Of a DNA stretch of 64,000 nucleotides, positions 51,840 through 61,543 are shown piece after piece. Positions within the stretch are counted from its first letter, which is position 1, and each line of letters starts with the position of its first letter. The position numbers were made by a program, and so were the translations under genes. Below the pieces are notes generated by a model. The model saw only the letters and a program-made list of their open reading frames with translations, was not told the DNA's origin and searched no databases. Where the stretch lies: the NCBI GenBank assembly GCA_963631395.1, contig CAVGQN010000005.1, positions 8,446-72,445 on the forward strand, in the 5' to 3' direction. The stretch comes from a bacterium. GTDB lineage: Bacteria; Bacteroidota; Bacteroidia; Bacteroidales; UBA3663.

Positions 51840-54572
51840 ATGAACAAACGTAATATAGCAAGTACAATCCTCTTTCTACTGCCCCTTTTGGGGGGAGTGG
51901 AAGGGGGATTTTGTTTTGCCCAGCGCATTCCGCGAACATCTATGATGATGGAGGCCGGTTCCGCTGGAGCTACACCAGTCGTCTTTCGGAACGGTATAGA
52001 CATTAAGGATTCCACACTGCTGCCCGAGTCTCCGATATTGTGGGGACTGGATACGGCTTGGGATAGTGAGGACAATGTTGTGCGCGGTACGAATTTTATC
52101 GGCAAGGATGTTCTCTCCGTCGGACGTGTGTCTTTCCAGCCAAGTGACCTGGTCGATTCGGATGGCAATCTGTCATCGTTGCAGAAGTCCGCGTTACAGT
52201 CCCGCTTGGACCATATCGCCCTTAGTGGGGTGCGCGATGTAATCCTCAACTGTGACCATGAAGCTCTCAATTCGGACAACTATTACGGCAAGCCCGAGGA
52301 GTGGTATAAGGTCATCCGGGCAAGTGTGCTCTATATCCGCTCAAAAGGTTTTTCGGTCATAACCATTTCCCCCTTCAACGAACCGGACTATACCTACTGG
52401 GGCGAGGGAACGAAAGATGACTTCAAGGCCATAGCCAAACTCATCAGCGAAGACTCCGAACTGAAAAACATCCGCATTTCGGCTGGCAATACGCTCAATT
52501 GCGACCAGGCTGATGCATGGTATTCGTATATGAAACCATACGTGTCGGAGGGCAATACGCATCAGTTGGCCGGCGACTTTGACCACTATGCGGCTTTTTG
52601 GCAGAAAGTGCGTCAAGACGGCAATCATGCTACTGCCGACGAACTCCACAATGTGATGGAAGCCATCGTCGGCATACACTATGGTATGCAGACGGGCATC
52701 TGGTGGGGATATGATGCCGCTGCTCGTGGGGAATTTTGTAAGGCTTCCTATTATGGCAAAGAAATAGGTTATGGTGAGAACCGCTCTGCCTGGACGGCTG
52801 CTGCTGTGTACCGGCGTCCCAATGGACGGACGGACGCTTTCTTGGGCGTTAGTGAGCGTCAGGCTTTGACGAGCAGTTTCGACCTCGTGGCCGCTGACCG
52901 GGAGTTCTACTTCGATGGTTGTGGCCCTTTACATACCTATCAGGTAGAACTGCCGGGTGACCCGACCTACGCGTCCGCTAACCAGAAGAATGCCGAGCGC
53001 ATGATACAATTGCATAGCGGAGCCGATGTGCCGATAGAGCCCATCAAAGCCGGTGCCTATGTCATCATGAATGTCAACAGTAAGATGTGTCTCGGTTACT
53101 ACAATGGTGCAAAAGGCAGCGATATCCAATTGGTGCAAGGTACCTATACGGGCCGCAAGTCCAATACGCACCAACAGTGGCTGGTGTGTCCTGTCGGCAG
53201 TCGCATTGGTGGAGATTTCGGATACTGTTGGCTGAAGAGTCAGCGGGATACGACGCAGTATATGGACTTGAAGGACTGGAGTACTGCTGAGGGTGGTACT
53301 CTGCTGGGCTATGCCGGAAGCGGAGGCAATAACGAGCAGTGGTTTTTCGAATATGCGGGCGACGGTGATTGGTACATCCGTTCCAGACATTCGGGACTTT
53401 ATCTTGAGGTCTTCGGTGCAAAAACCTTTAAGAACGCGCGTATTCAGCAAGCTGCGTATACGGGTGCCGCTAATCAGCGGTGGCGCTTTATACCGACGGA
53501 TGCAGCCTTGGAGTTGACAGCACCGGCGTCACCTACGGGCTTAATTGCTACTAGGCAGACGGCTTCCGTCAAATTGCAATGGACGGCCAATGCCGAATCG
53601 GACTTGGCCGGCTATATGGTCTTGCGTGGCACGAAGATTTCAGTCGATAGTGTGCAGTGGAATGTCATCGGACGGATGGTAGACGGAACAGAGTTCCTGG
53701 ACAACGGTATTGCTCCTGATCGGGGATATCAGTACCGGTTGCGCGCGGTGGATGCCAGCCGAAACCAGTCCGAACTATCCGAACCCGTCGACGTCTCTAC
53801 ATATGGTTTGGACGACACAAAGGCTCTTGTAGCTCACTATACCTTTGAGGATTCCCTACGGGACGAGACCGAAAATGTGTTCGATGCCGTCGTTAGCGGT
53901 ACGTATAGTGCCAATGTCTATGCGAAAAAGCAGGGCAAAGCCTCCCTTTATCTGAAGGAACAGTTTCTCATGTTGCCTCCTGCAGTGGCAAACCACAAGT
54001 GTATGACTATTGCTGCGTGGGTCAACAATGCCGCCAGCAGCACGACGAAGACCCGTGTGTTCGACTTCGGAAATGGTACAGAACAGTATATGTATCTGAC
54101 CCCCAACAACGGCAGCAATATGCGGTTCGTCATGAAGAATGGTGGAGAAGAACAAACCCTGTCAACGCCCAAACTGGGCAGCGGTTGGTGTCATCTTGCC
54201 GTGACCATCGGCGCAGATACCGTCAAGATATATGTCGATGGAGTTTTGAAGGCGTCTACGACAGATATCACCATCCGTCCTTCGGATTTCTGTCCTGTCC
54301 TCAATTACGTGGGTCGGAGTCAATCGCCTAATGACCCTGTATTCAAGGGATACTTTGACGATTTCCGCATCTACAATTACGAACTTCCCGCCGGGGATAT
54401 TCTTCGCCTCAAGAACGGAGAGGAAGTGTCGTGTTTGGAAAGTATTGAAGCCCGTACAGCTTCGGAGCGTGATAGCAGGGCGTATGACCTTTTGGGGCGC
54501 CCGGTCAATCTACTGTCGCGGCAGGGTTTCTATATTAGTAAAGGTTGTAAATATTTCATGAATCGATTATGA
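51840..54572 (+). CDS. Secreted multidomain glycoside hydrolase: clan GH-A-like (beta/alpha)8 domain + ricin-type beta-trefoil + Fn3 + LamG/ConA-like + T9SS CTD
   Basis: 910 aa with a signal peptide. SPFNEPDY (acid/base-type NEP motif) and ATADELHN (candidate nucleophile). Beta-trefoil QxW motifs (HQQWLV, NEQWFF, NQRWRF). Fn3-like segment (LQWTANAESDLAGYMVLRG). LamG-like segment (LVAHYTFEDSL...FDDFRIYNYEL). CTD (AYDLLGRPV...YFMNRL). Confidence 0.8.
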   Translation: MNKRNIASTILFLLPLLGGVEGGFCFAQRIPRTSMMMEAGSAGATPVVFRNGIDIKDSTLLPESPILWGLDTAWDSEDNVVRGTNFIGKDVLSVGRVSFQPSDLVDSDGNLSSLQKSALQSRLDHIALSGVRDVILNCDHEALNSDNYYGKPEEWYKVIRASVLYIRSKGFSVITISPFNEPDYTYWGEGTKDDFKAIAKLISEDSELKNIRISAGNTLNCDQADAWYSYMKPYVSEGNTHQLAGDFDHYAAFWQKVRQDGNHATADELHNVMEAIVGIHYGMQTGIWWGYDAAARGEFCKASYYGKEIGYGENRSAWTAAAVYRRPNGRTDAFLGVSERQALTSSFDLVAADREFYFDGCGPLHTYQVELPGDPTYASANQKNAERMIQLHSGADVPIEPIKAGAYVIMNVNSKMCLGYYNGAKGSDIQLVQGTYTGRKSNTHQQWLVCPVGSRIGGDFGYCWLKSQRDTTQYMDLKDWSTAEGGTLLGYAGSGGNNEQWFFEYAGDGDWYIRSRHSGLYLEVFGAKTFKNARIQQAAYTGAANQRWRFIPTDAALELTAPASPTGLIATRQTASVKLQWTANAESDLAGYMVLRGTKISVDSVQWNVIGRMVDGTEFLDNGIAPDRGYQYRLRAVDASRNQSELSEPVDVSTYGLDDTKALVAHYTFEDSLRDETENVFDAVVSGTYSANVYAKKQGKASLYLKEQFLMLPPAVANHKCMTIAAWVNNAASSTTKTRVFDFGNGTEQYMYLTPNNGSNMRFVMKNGGEEQTLSTPKLGSGWCHLAVTIGADTVKIYVDGVLKASTTDITIRPSDFCPVLNYVGRSQSPNDPVFKGYFDDFRIYNYELPAGDILRLKNGEEVSCLESIEARTASERDSRAYDLLGRPVNLLSRQGFYISKGCKYFMNRL

Positions 54573-56941
54573 ACAGAATGGTTAAGGCAGCCTCATCTTT
54601 CTTCCTGTTGGCTGCGTTGTTTTCGCAAGTCCTTGCACAAAATGCGCCTACAGTGCATACAGATACTCGTTTTGCCCGTGGTTCGGATCAGGCTTTCGGT
54701 CGTGCTACTTTTCAAGCCAATGGAGGAAACACTATCAAGGAGCGAGGCTTTTGCTGGAGTTCGTCGACATCCAATCCGAGTATTGAGGACGAACATTCGA
54801 CATCGAGTTTGTACAACAATGGCAATATCTATTGGATGCACGGTTTGACTCCGGCTACAAAATATTATGCGCGTGCTTATGCAGTTGCGACTGATGGGTC
54901 GGTGGGCTATGGTGAGGTTATCAAGATTGTCACTTTGCCAAAAGGCAAGATAGCATGGAACTATGATGACGGAGGCTCTGATGCCGAGGATACACGTATC
55001 CGGGCTGCCGTGGAAGAGGCCGTGAACTATTGGAACAGTCTGACCAGTATCCCGTCCCTGACTTTGAGCGTACATTACGGTTCGGGCACACCGACGGCCG
55101 ATTGCAGTTATGGTGGCTGGATGCGTGTCGGCCCGAATTCCTCTTATCAGAAAACCGGAACCATTATGCACGAGGCTCTGCATGCCATTGGCGTCGGAAC
55201 GACAGACTTGTGGTACGGGTCGTCATCGCCACTTCGTTCGGGTAGCGGCACAGGACAGTGGTTGGGCGATCGGGCTACGGAATTAGTCCGTTTCTGGGAC
55301 AACAGTGCGTCTTCGGTAATCAATGGCGACAAGACACACCTTTGGCCTTACGGTATCAATGGTGCTCATGAGGATACGGGGTCAAAAGTCCTATACATCG
55401 GCTGTAGTCTGATAGCTCAGGCTGTCGGAGAGGACGGTCTGCCGAGTTCTTCCGGCGGGCAGGCATTCGGTACACCTTACTATTCGTTTGACCAGGAGGA
55501 TACAATCAAGTATTACATACGTAACGAGAAGGAGGACTACGGACTGAAGACATCGTTCCTGGTCGAGACTGCAGACCACAGTCTGCAATGGCGTGAGATG
55601 AGTTCTGATGAGGCTTTCGCCAACGATTCTGCGGCTTGGTATGTTACTTTTACGCCTGACAATCAGTACTATCAGTTCCGTAATGCCTCGACCGGATATT
55701 ATATGACATATAGTGCTACAGGTGTCAATGGTATCGTTACCAAAAGCGGGTCGATAACAGGAAATACGAACTTCCAGTTGATGCGTTCACGTATAGATGT
55801 GACTTCTACAGAAGGAGTAGTAATCTCGCCCAAGCGCGGATACTGGATTATCCATCCGGACAATAGCAGCTCAACACCAGGATGCCTGGCTGCCACCTCT
55901 GGCGGCAAGACCACAGCGACAAACTTTAGTCTGTTGAATACCGCTACAGCCCAGCGTTGGGTTATTTTGACGGCCGAGGAAACAAGGACCATGGACAATG
56001 CCGGTTTGTTGGCGGCACGCGCAGCGTTCGACAAGAACAAAACGACCGTTATGGAATGGTATCAGACACCGCATCAAGAGCTGACGGAGGGCGCAGACCA
56101 GACATTGCTGAACACCTTGGAACTTTTGACTACACAGAACAGTGAGACCTCTGATGCTGCCGAGGCCGAAGGCTTGGCTGAGGATGTGTTGACTGCGGGC
56201 AAGACTTTCCTGTCCAGTGTCTGCGTGTCGGATATAAATAGCCCATTTGATTTGACGGCTCTCATTGTCAATTCGGATTTCGATACCAATACTGCAGGTT
56301 GGACGATGTCTGCCGGTAGTTCATACGGCAATCAGGAAGTCGAGTATTACGAGAAATATGTCAATTGTATACAGACGCTTGCAGCAATGCCTAAGGGAAC
56401 TTATGCCCTTAAGGCTTCCGGATTCCAACGTCCTGGAAAATATGCTTCTGTCTACACCTCTTATGTGACGGCAGGGCTCGATAGTGTGAAGTGCAAACTG
56501 TATATCGACAAGGCTTCGCAAGGTGTTTCGTTGAAGAATCTGATGGCTGACCGTACGGCAACTAGCCTCCATTCGGGCGGTGTCAAACTGTCAGACAATA
56601 CATATGTCCCCAACACAATGGCCAGTGCCCGTGCTTGGTTCGATGCCGGTTATTATGATAATGTCTCGACCCAATATAGGGCAGAGGGTAATATGAAGAT
56701 AGGCGTAACAGGACCGAATGCCTACAGTTCCTGGTGGACAGTGATAGACCACTTCCGCTTGTTCTATTACGGACCTTTGACGTTGGACGAAATCAGTCAG
56801 CTGTCTTCGGTTGAAGAGGTGCAGACCGAGCAGAAGTTCGCTGCATCTGTGCTGTACAATCTGCAAGGTCAGCGTGTGACCCGACCATCGACGGGCATAT
56901 TTGTTCGTAACGGTAAAAAGATTATATTGTTGAACCGTTGA
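54569..56941 (+). CDS. Secreted zincin-like (HExxH) protein with a beta-trefoil-like middle region, the shared CBM-like module and a T9SS CTD
   Basis: 790 aa with a signal peptide. GTIMHEALHAIGVG contains HExxH. The middle region ends in AQRWVI. The C-terminal module is paralogous to those of 31344-34910 (TYVPNTMASARAWFDAGYYDN; WWTVIDHFRLFYYG). CTD (LYNLQGQRV...KIILLNR). A 4-nt overlap links it to the upstream gene. Confidence 0.7.
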   Translation: MNRMVKAASSFFLLAALFSQVLAQNAPTVHTDTRFARGSDQAFGRATFQANGGNTIKERGFCWSSSTSNPSIEDEHSTSSLYNNGNIYWMHGLTPATKYYARAYAVATDGSVGYGEVIKIVTLPKGKIAWNYDDGGSDAEDTRIRAAVEEAVNYWNSLTSIPSLTLSVHYGSGTPTADCSYGGWMRVGPNSSYQKTGTIMHEALHAIGVGTTDLWYGSSSPLRSGSGTGQWLGDRATELVRFWDNSASSVINGDKTHLWPYGINGAHEDTGSKVLYIGCSLIAQAVGEDGLPSSSGGQAFGTPYYSFDQEDTIKYYIRNEKEDYGLKTSFLVETADHSLQWREMSSDEAFANDSAAWYVTFTPDNQYYQFRNASTGYYMTYSATGVNGIVTKSGSITGNTNFQLMRSRIDVTSTEGVVISPKRGYWIIHPDNSSSTPGCLAATSGGKTTATNFSLLNTATAQRWVILTAEETRTMDNAGLLAARAAFDKNKTTVMEWYQTPHQELTEGADQTLLNTLELLTTQNSETSDAAEAEGLAEDVLTAGKTFLSSVCVSDINSPFDLTALIVNSDFDTNTAGWTMSAGSSYGNQEVEYYEKYVNCIQTLAAMPKGTYALKASGFQRPGKYASVYTSYVTAGLDSVKCKLYIDKASQGVSLKNLMADRTATSLHSGGVKLSDNTYVPNTMASARAWFDAGYYDNVSTQYRAEGNMKIGVTGPNAYSSWWTVIDHFRLFYYGPLTLDEISQLSSVEEVQTEQKFAASVLYNLQGQRVTRPSTGIFVRNGKKIILLNR

Positions 56942-57025
56942 ACGTGAACAAGGAAACGATTGCAGGCTGTCTGTCTTGACTATCTGCGTTCATGCAAGAC
57001 AAAACATCGATACGTAAATTATACA

Positions 57026-60000
57026 ATGAAAATACATTTTGCGATGAGAAAAGCAGTTCTGATTATTCTTTTGTTATCATCCACACTGGCAGCCTTTGCA
57101 CAGCGAATTACCGACCGATTGGATAGAGGCCTTGTTGCTGTGCCGGCCAGTTCCGGTAGCGGAAACCTCGTGTCATGGCGCATCTTTGCCGAGGAATATT
57201 ATGATGTTACATATAATCTGTACTGCAATGGCTCGAAGATTGCGTCAAATCTTTCAGTGTCCAATTTCCAGCATACTGCGGGCAACTCGTCGAGCAGCTA
57301 TCAGGTGGCTGCCGTAGTACGTGGCGTCGAGCAGGAGAAGTGTGCGGCCATAACCCGTTGGGAGAATGGTTTTCTGGAGATTCCTGTCAAGGGCATTGTC
57401 GGGCGTGATGGTGCGGATGTTACCTCCAATTATACCCTCAACGATGTGTCGATGGGAGACCTTGACGGAGATGGAGTTGTCGAATTTATTGTGAAGCGTC
57501 CATGCAGTTTGGCGTCTGATATCAGCAACAAGAATTGCTTTCACGTCCTTGACTGTTATCATCGTGACGGTACAAGACTCTGGTGGATAGACCTTGGCCC
57601 GAATATGTTGTCTGGAGCAGACGAGCAGTGGGATGCAGTCTGCTTCGATTGGGATCAAGACGGTAAGGCAGAAGTGCTTTTGAGGATACAGGATAATGCC
57701 ATTATTCACTATGCCGACGGAACGGCCGATACTATCGGCTCGACGTCTGTCGACACTCGTTGGTCCGGTATCGAATACACCTCTTCCGGCAACGAATATC
57801 TCCTATATCTCGAAGGAGCTACAGGCAAGCCTTATGAGATAGGCGACTCCAGTCATCCCAAGTATATGACCTATCCTATCGCACGTGGTAGCGATTCCGA
57901 TTGGGGGTCTGGTATTGTAGGTCACCGCAGCACCAAGCATTACTTTGCAGCCCCATATCTGGATGGTCGCCATGCTTCAATCTTTTTGGGCCGTGGTTGC
58001 TACACCAAGCACATCATGAAGACCTTCGATGTCGACCCCACTACCCATAAGTTGACTCCATTGTGGACATGGCAGTGTTCCGTCAGCGGTCCGTGGTTCG
58101 GACAAGGTTACCACAATTTCCAGGTAGCCGATGTCGATTGGGATGGTCGAGATGAGATTGTTTTTGGTTCAATGGTAATTGATGACAACGGCAAGGGTCT
58201 GTCAACGACAGGTCTGGGCCATGGCGATTCGCAGCATTGTTCCGATTTTGATCCTTACCGTAAGTATCAGGAGCAGTTTGCTTGCAACGAGAGTTCACCT
58301 GCCAATAACTACCGCAATGCCTGCACTTCGCAGATTTATTATAGGCAGACTTCTAGTGGCGATGACGGACGTGCCTTGATGGGTAACTTTACCAATCAAT
58401 ATCCAGGTTCAGTAGGCCGTTCGGTTGCTTCTAGCTGGATTAGTTCAACATCCGATAAAGTCATCTCCGAACTGGGAGACATCATTTCCTGGGGTGATTT
58501 GAACAGCCGCATTTACTACGACGGAGACCTCCTTGACGAATATCTGGAGAGTCCGGGCACAGAGGGGTATGGCGTTGTGTACAAGGCCGGAGGCGGTCGT
58601 GTGGCCAACCTCGTAAAAGATGCCTATGACACCAAGATGAACAACTACACGAAAAACAATCCGGCGGCGCAAGGCGATATCTTCGGAGACTGGCGCGAGG
58701 AGGTTGTGCTTCGTAAGTCTGACAATACGGCCCTTCGTGTCTTCACCACAGGCTACCTAACCGAATACCGCATTCCGACCCTATGGCACGACCATCAGTA
58801 TCGCAATGCTATGGTTTGGCAGTCTATGGGTTACAACCAGTGCCCGCACAAGTCGTACTTCCTTGGTGAACTGGAGGGTATCACCTATGCTCCGGCACCA
58901 CTCACCATGACAGGACGTACAGAGATAACCAATGGCGGCACCATCAAGACGACCGATGACCATGTGATTGTCTGCGAAAATGCCGATACTGAGATTTCTA
59001 TTGCCGATGGGGCAAGTCCGTATATAGTGACATTCAACGTCCCCTCGTGGGTGCAGGGCAATGCCGGTAGCAATACGACGGCCAAACCCGATCCAACCTA
59101 CACCTATTATACTTGCAATGTAACAGGCGGAGCATTGACCGGCAATACCCGTTTGGTCAAGCAAGGTGACGGCATACTCAACCTTCCCAAGGTAGATATG
59201 AAGCATTCGGGCAATACTGACATTTGGGCAGGTACTGTCAATTTTGACGGAACGATGCACAACAGCAATTTGTGGTTGAACCGTTTCTCAGAGTTCAATG
59301 GCGATGCGGCTTTCCATAGCATAAAGGCTGATTACGGTTCTGTCATCCGTCCTGGAGGAAAGGGCGCTGTCGGAACGATTACGGCAGACAGTACTCTCTA
59401 TCTTGGATTCGGTAGCCGCGTCGTCCTGGATATTGACGGCAATCAGTCAGACTGCATCGTGTGCAAGACACTCGTCATTGAGACCAAGAATTGGTCGTAT
59501 GGACCGGAATATCTGATGCCTGTTATCGAAATTTCCGGAGATAACATTATGGCAGGGACTTACCTGATCGGCCAGGTCGACAGCATCAGCGGTTCGTTGG
59601 TTGACCTCAAGTTTGAGGGAACAGGCAGCTTCAAGCGTGCATTGAAGTACCAGGATGGCAAGATATATTTGACCTTGGGCGATGTGCGAGGTTCTTCGCG
59701 CGTTACTTGGTATGGTAATGAGAGCGATGTTTGGGATTATGCTACCACCGAGAATTTCTTCCTTTCCTCTGACAAGACAAAGGCCCCGGAGATGTTTGTC
59801 TCAGGTGATATTGTGGAGTTTACGGATTCCGCGTTGGTGAAGTCCGTTACTATCAAGGATGAGGTTACTGTCGATACATTCCTTGTCAATAGTACGCAGA
59901 ACTATACTTTCACCGGCGCCGGAAAGATTGTATCCGGAGCATTCGTTAAGGAAGGCAGTGGCAAGGTAACCCTCAGCACGGACAACACTTTTACGGGAGG

Positions 60001-61537
60001 CAGTTATCTTAGGGGTGGAACCGTAGTGGTCAAAGCCCTGGCTAATTCGACTCAGGCCTATGGCGGTTTGGGAAGTGTCGTCACTGCTTCCAAGAAGTTT
60101 ACGATGGAGAACGGTGCAGTCCTTCAGAATACGGCCGAGGTCCAAAATGGGTCTCTAATCACTTGCGTTGGTACAGATGGCGGCGTGCTCTTTACCAATG
60201 CTGCCTTTACACAGCAGAAGGCCGTGCTGGGCACGTTGCTTACTAAGAAGGGTGGTGGCACGTTGACTTTCTCTGCTAACAATACCTCGCTGAAGAAGTT
60301 GTGTGTCGTTGGAGGTACAGTTGCTGTAGCGTCAACTCCGGCAGCTGCTGTCGTGATGCAAGGCGGTACGCTCAGTTTCTCTGACGGTTCGTCTTGCCCT
60401 ATTGAAATCGCTGATGGCAAGACGTCTTATATCAACTATTATGCCAACCGTGGTACTTACACCAATAAGTTGACGGGTGGCGGTACAGTGACCATTTGGT
60501 ATCCTGTCGTGAACGGTGGCAGCTGGTATGCGACCCGCACCTCTTTGGCCGGCGACTGGTCTGCGTTTACTGGAACGCTCAAACCGAATGCTTTGGCCGC
60601 AGACGGACGGTTCTGCTTGAACAACAGCTATGGTATGGCCAAAGGTACGATGGAGATTCCTTCGGGCATTACGGTCGTCAATACGGGCAAGACTTTCGCT
60701 ATTGGACGGTTGACCGGAACAGGCAATTTGGGCGATTTCTGCGGATTGAGTAATGGTTCTTCTGGAACGGCTACCTGGAATGTGGGCAATGACTCTGCAT
60801 TCGTCTTTGAGGGCGATGTGACCGGTACTCCTATCTTCAACAAGGTCGGTAAGAGCACGATGACAGTCACCAACGCTTGGTCTACGAAGGGCGCTGTGTC
60901 TGTCAAGGCAGGAACCGTGTTGCTTAAGAAGTCTGCTAGCGTTGCGCCTGGCCTTGGTACAGGTTCGCTGAATGTGGCCTCAGGCGCTTTCCTGATGGGC
61001 GACGATACCAGTATCCAGAATGCCTCTGTCTCTGTGAGCGGAACCCTTTATCCGGGCACGAGTATCGGTACTTACCGGGGCGCTTTGATTTTCAACGGAC
61101 AGAACGTGACCATCACTTCTTCGGGAAAACTGCGTGTCTGCCTGCGTAGGGCCGGGACTTCGGCAACCGTGTTGGGCGCATCAGGACTGAAGAAAATCAA
61201 GACGCTCACCATCAACGGCACTATCCATGTGGATATAAACAACAACCTCACGGTAAATGTGGGTGATGAGTTCCGTATTTGGGCGAATGTAGAGAGCTTC
61301 TCAGGCACGCCGACCATCACTTGTTCTGACAGTTCCATCACCTTCTCGACTGAGAAGTTGAGCGAGGGCCTCCTTGTCGTGACCTCGGTTGGAGGAACGG
61401 GCATAGATCGTACTGTTGTCGATGCAGAGTCGGAAGATGTCTACTATAGCATTACCGGACAGCCAATGGGACAGGATGTCGATGAGTTACCGTCCGGCAT
61501 TTATATTTGTAATGGCAGAAAGTTTATTAAAAAGTAA
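57026..61537 (+). CDS. Rhamnogalacturonan lyase (PL11-like beta-propeller) fused to a long autotransporter-type beta-strand-repeat region and a T9SS CTD
   Basis: Start taken at MKIHFAMRKAV (57026). PL11/YesW-like motifs: GDLDGDGVVEFIVKR, DWDQDGKAEVLLR, ADVDWDGRDEIVFGSMVIDDNG, GDIFGDWREEVVLR, LRVFTT, PTLWHDHQYRNAMVWQ. About 800 aa of G/T-rich repeats follow (LVKQGDGILNLP, FVKEGSGKVTLSTDNTFTGG, LTKKGGGTLTFSANN). CTD (VYYSITGQPM...GRKFIKK). Confidence 0.88.
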   Translation: MKIHFAMRKAVLIILLLSSTLAAFAQRITDRLDRGLVAVPASSGSGNLVSWRIFAEEYYDVTYNLYCNGSKIASNLSVSNFQHTAGNSSSSYQVAAVVRGVEQEKCAAITRWENGFLEIPVKGIVGRDGADVTSNYTLNDVSMGDLDGDGVVEFIVKRPCSLASDISNKNCFHVLDCYHRDGTRLWWIDLGPNMLSGADEQWDAVCFDWDQDGKAEVLLRIQDNAIIHYADGTADTIGSTSVDTRWSGIEYTSSGNEYLLYLEGATGKPYEIGDSSHPKYMTYPIARGSDSDWGSGIVGHRSTKHYFAAPYLDGRHASIFLGRGCYTKHIMKTFDVDPTTHKLTPLWTWQCSVSGPWFGQGYHNFQVADVDWDGRDEIVFGSMVIDDNGKGLSTTGLGHGDSQHCSDFDPYRKYQEQFACNESSPANNYRNACTSQIYYRQTSSGDDGRALMGNFTNQYPGSVGRSVASSWISSTSDKVISELGDIISWGDLNSRIYYDGDLLDEYLESPGTEGYGVVYKAGGGRVANLVKDAYDTKMNNYTKNNPAAQGDIFGDWREEVVLRKSDNTALRVFTTGYLTEYRIPTLWHDHQYRNAMVWQSMGYNQCPHKSYFLGELEGITYAPAPLTMTGRTEITNGGTIKTTDDHVIVCENADTEISIADGASPYIVTFNVPSWVQGNAGSNTTAKPDPTYTYYTCNVTGGALTGNTRLVKQGDGILNLPKVDMKHSGNTDIWAGTVNFDGTMHNSNLWLNRFSEFNGDAAFHSIKADYGSVIRPGGKGAVGTITADSTLYLGFGSRVVLDIDGNQSDCIVCKTLVIETKNWSYGPEYLMPVIEISGDNIMAGTYLIGQVDSISGSLVDLKFEGTGSFKRALKYQDGKIYLTLGDVRGSSRVTWYGNESDVWDYATTENFFLSSDKTKAPEMFVSGDIVEFTDSALVKSVTIKDEVTVDTFLVNSTQNYTFTGAGKIVSGAFVKEGSGKVTLSTDNTFTGGSYLRGGTVVVKALANSTQAYGGLGSVVTASKKFTMENGAVLQNTAEVQNGSLITCVGTDGGVLFTNAAFTQQKAVLGTLLTKKGGGTLTFSANNTSLKKLCVVGGTVAVASTPAAAVVMQGGTLSFSDGSSCPIEIADGKTSYINYYANRGTYTNKLTGGGTVTIWYPVVNGGSWYATRTSLAGDWSAFTGTLKPNALAADGRFCLNNSYGMAKGTMEIPSGITVVNTGKTFAIGRLTGTGNLGDFCGLSNGSSGTATWNVGNDSAFVFEGDVTGTPIFNKVGKSTMTVTNAWSTKGAVSVKAGTVLLKKSASVAPGLGTGSLNVASGAFLMGDDTSIQNASVSVSGTLYPGTSIGTYRGALIFNGQNVTITSSGKLRVCLRRAGTSATVLGASGLKKIKTLTINGTIHVDINNNLTVNVGDEFRIWANVESFSGTPTITCSDSSITFSTEKLSEGLLVVTSVGGTGIDRTVVDAESEDVYYSITGQPMGQDVDELPSGIYICNGRKFIKK

Positions 61538-61543
61538 AACAAG

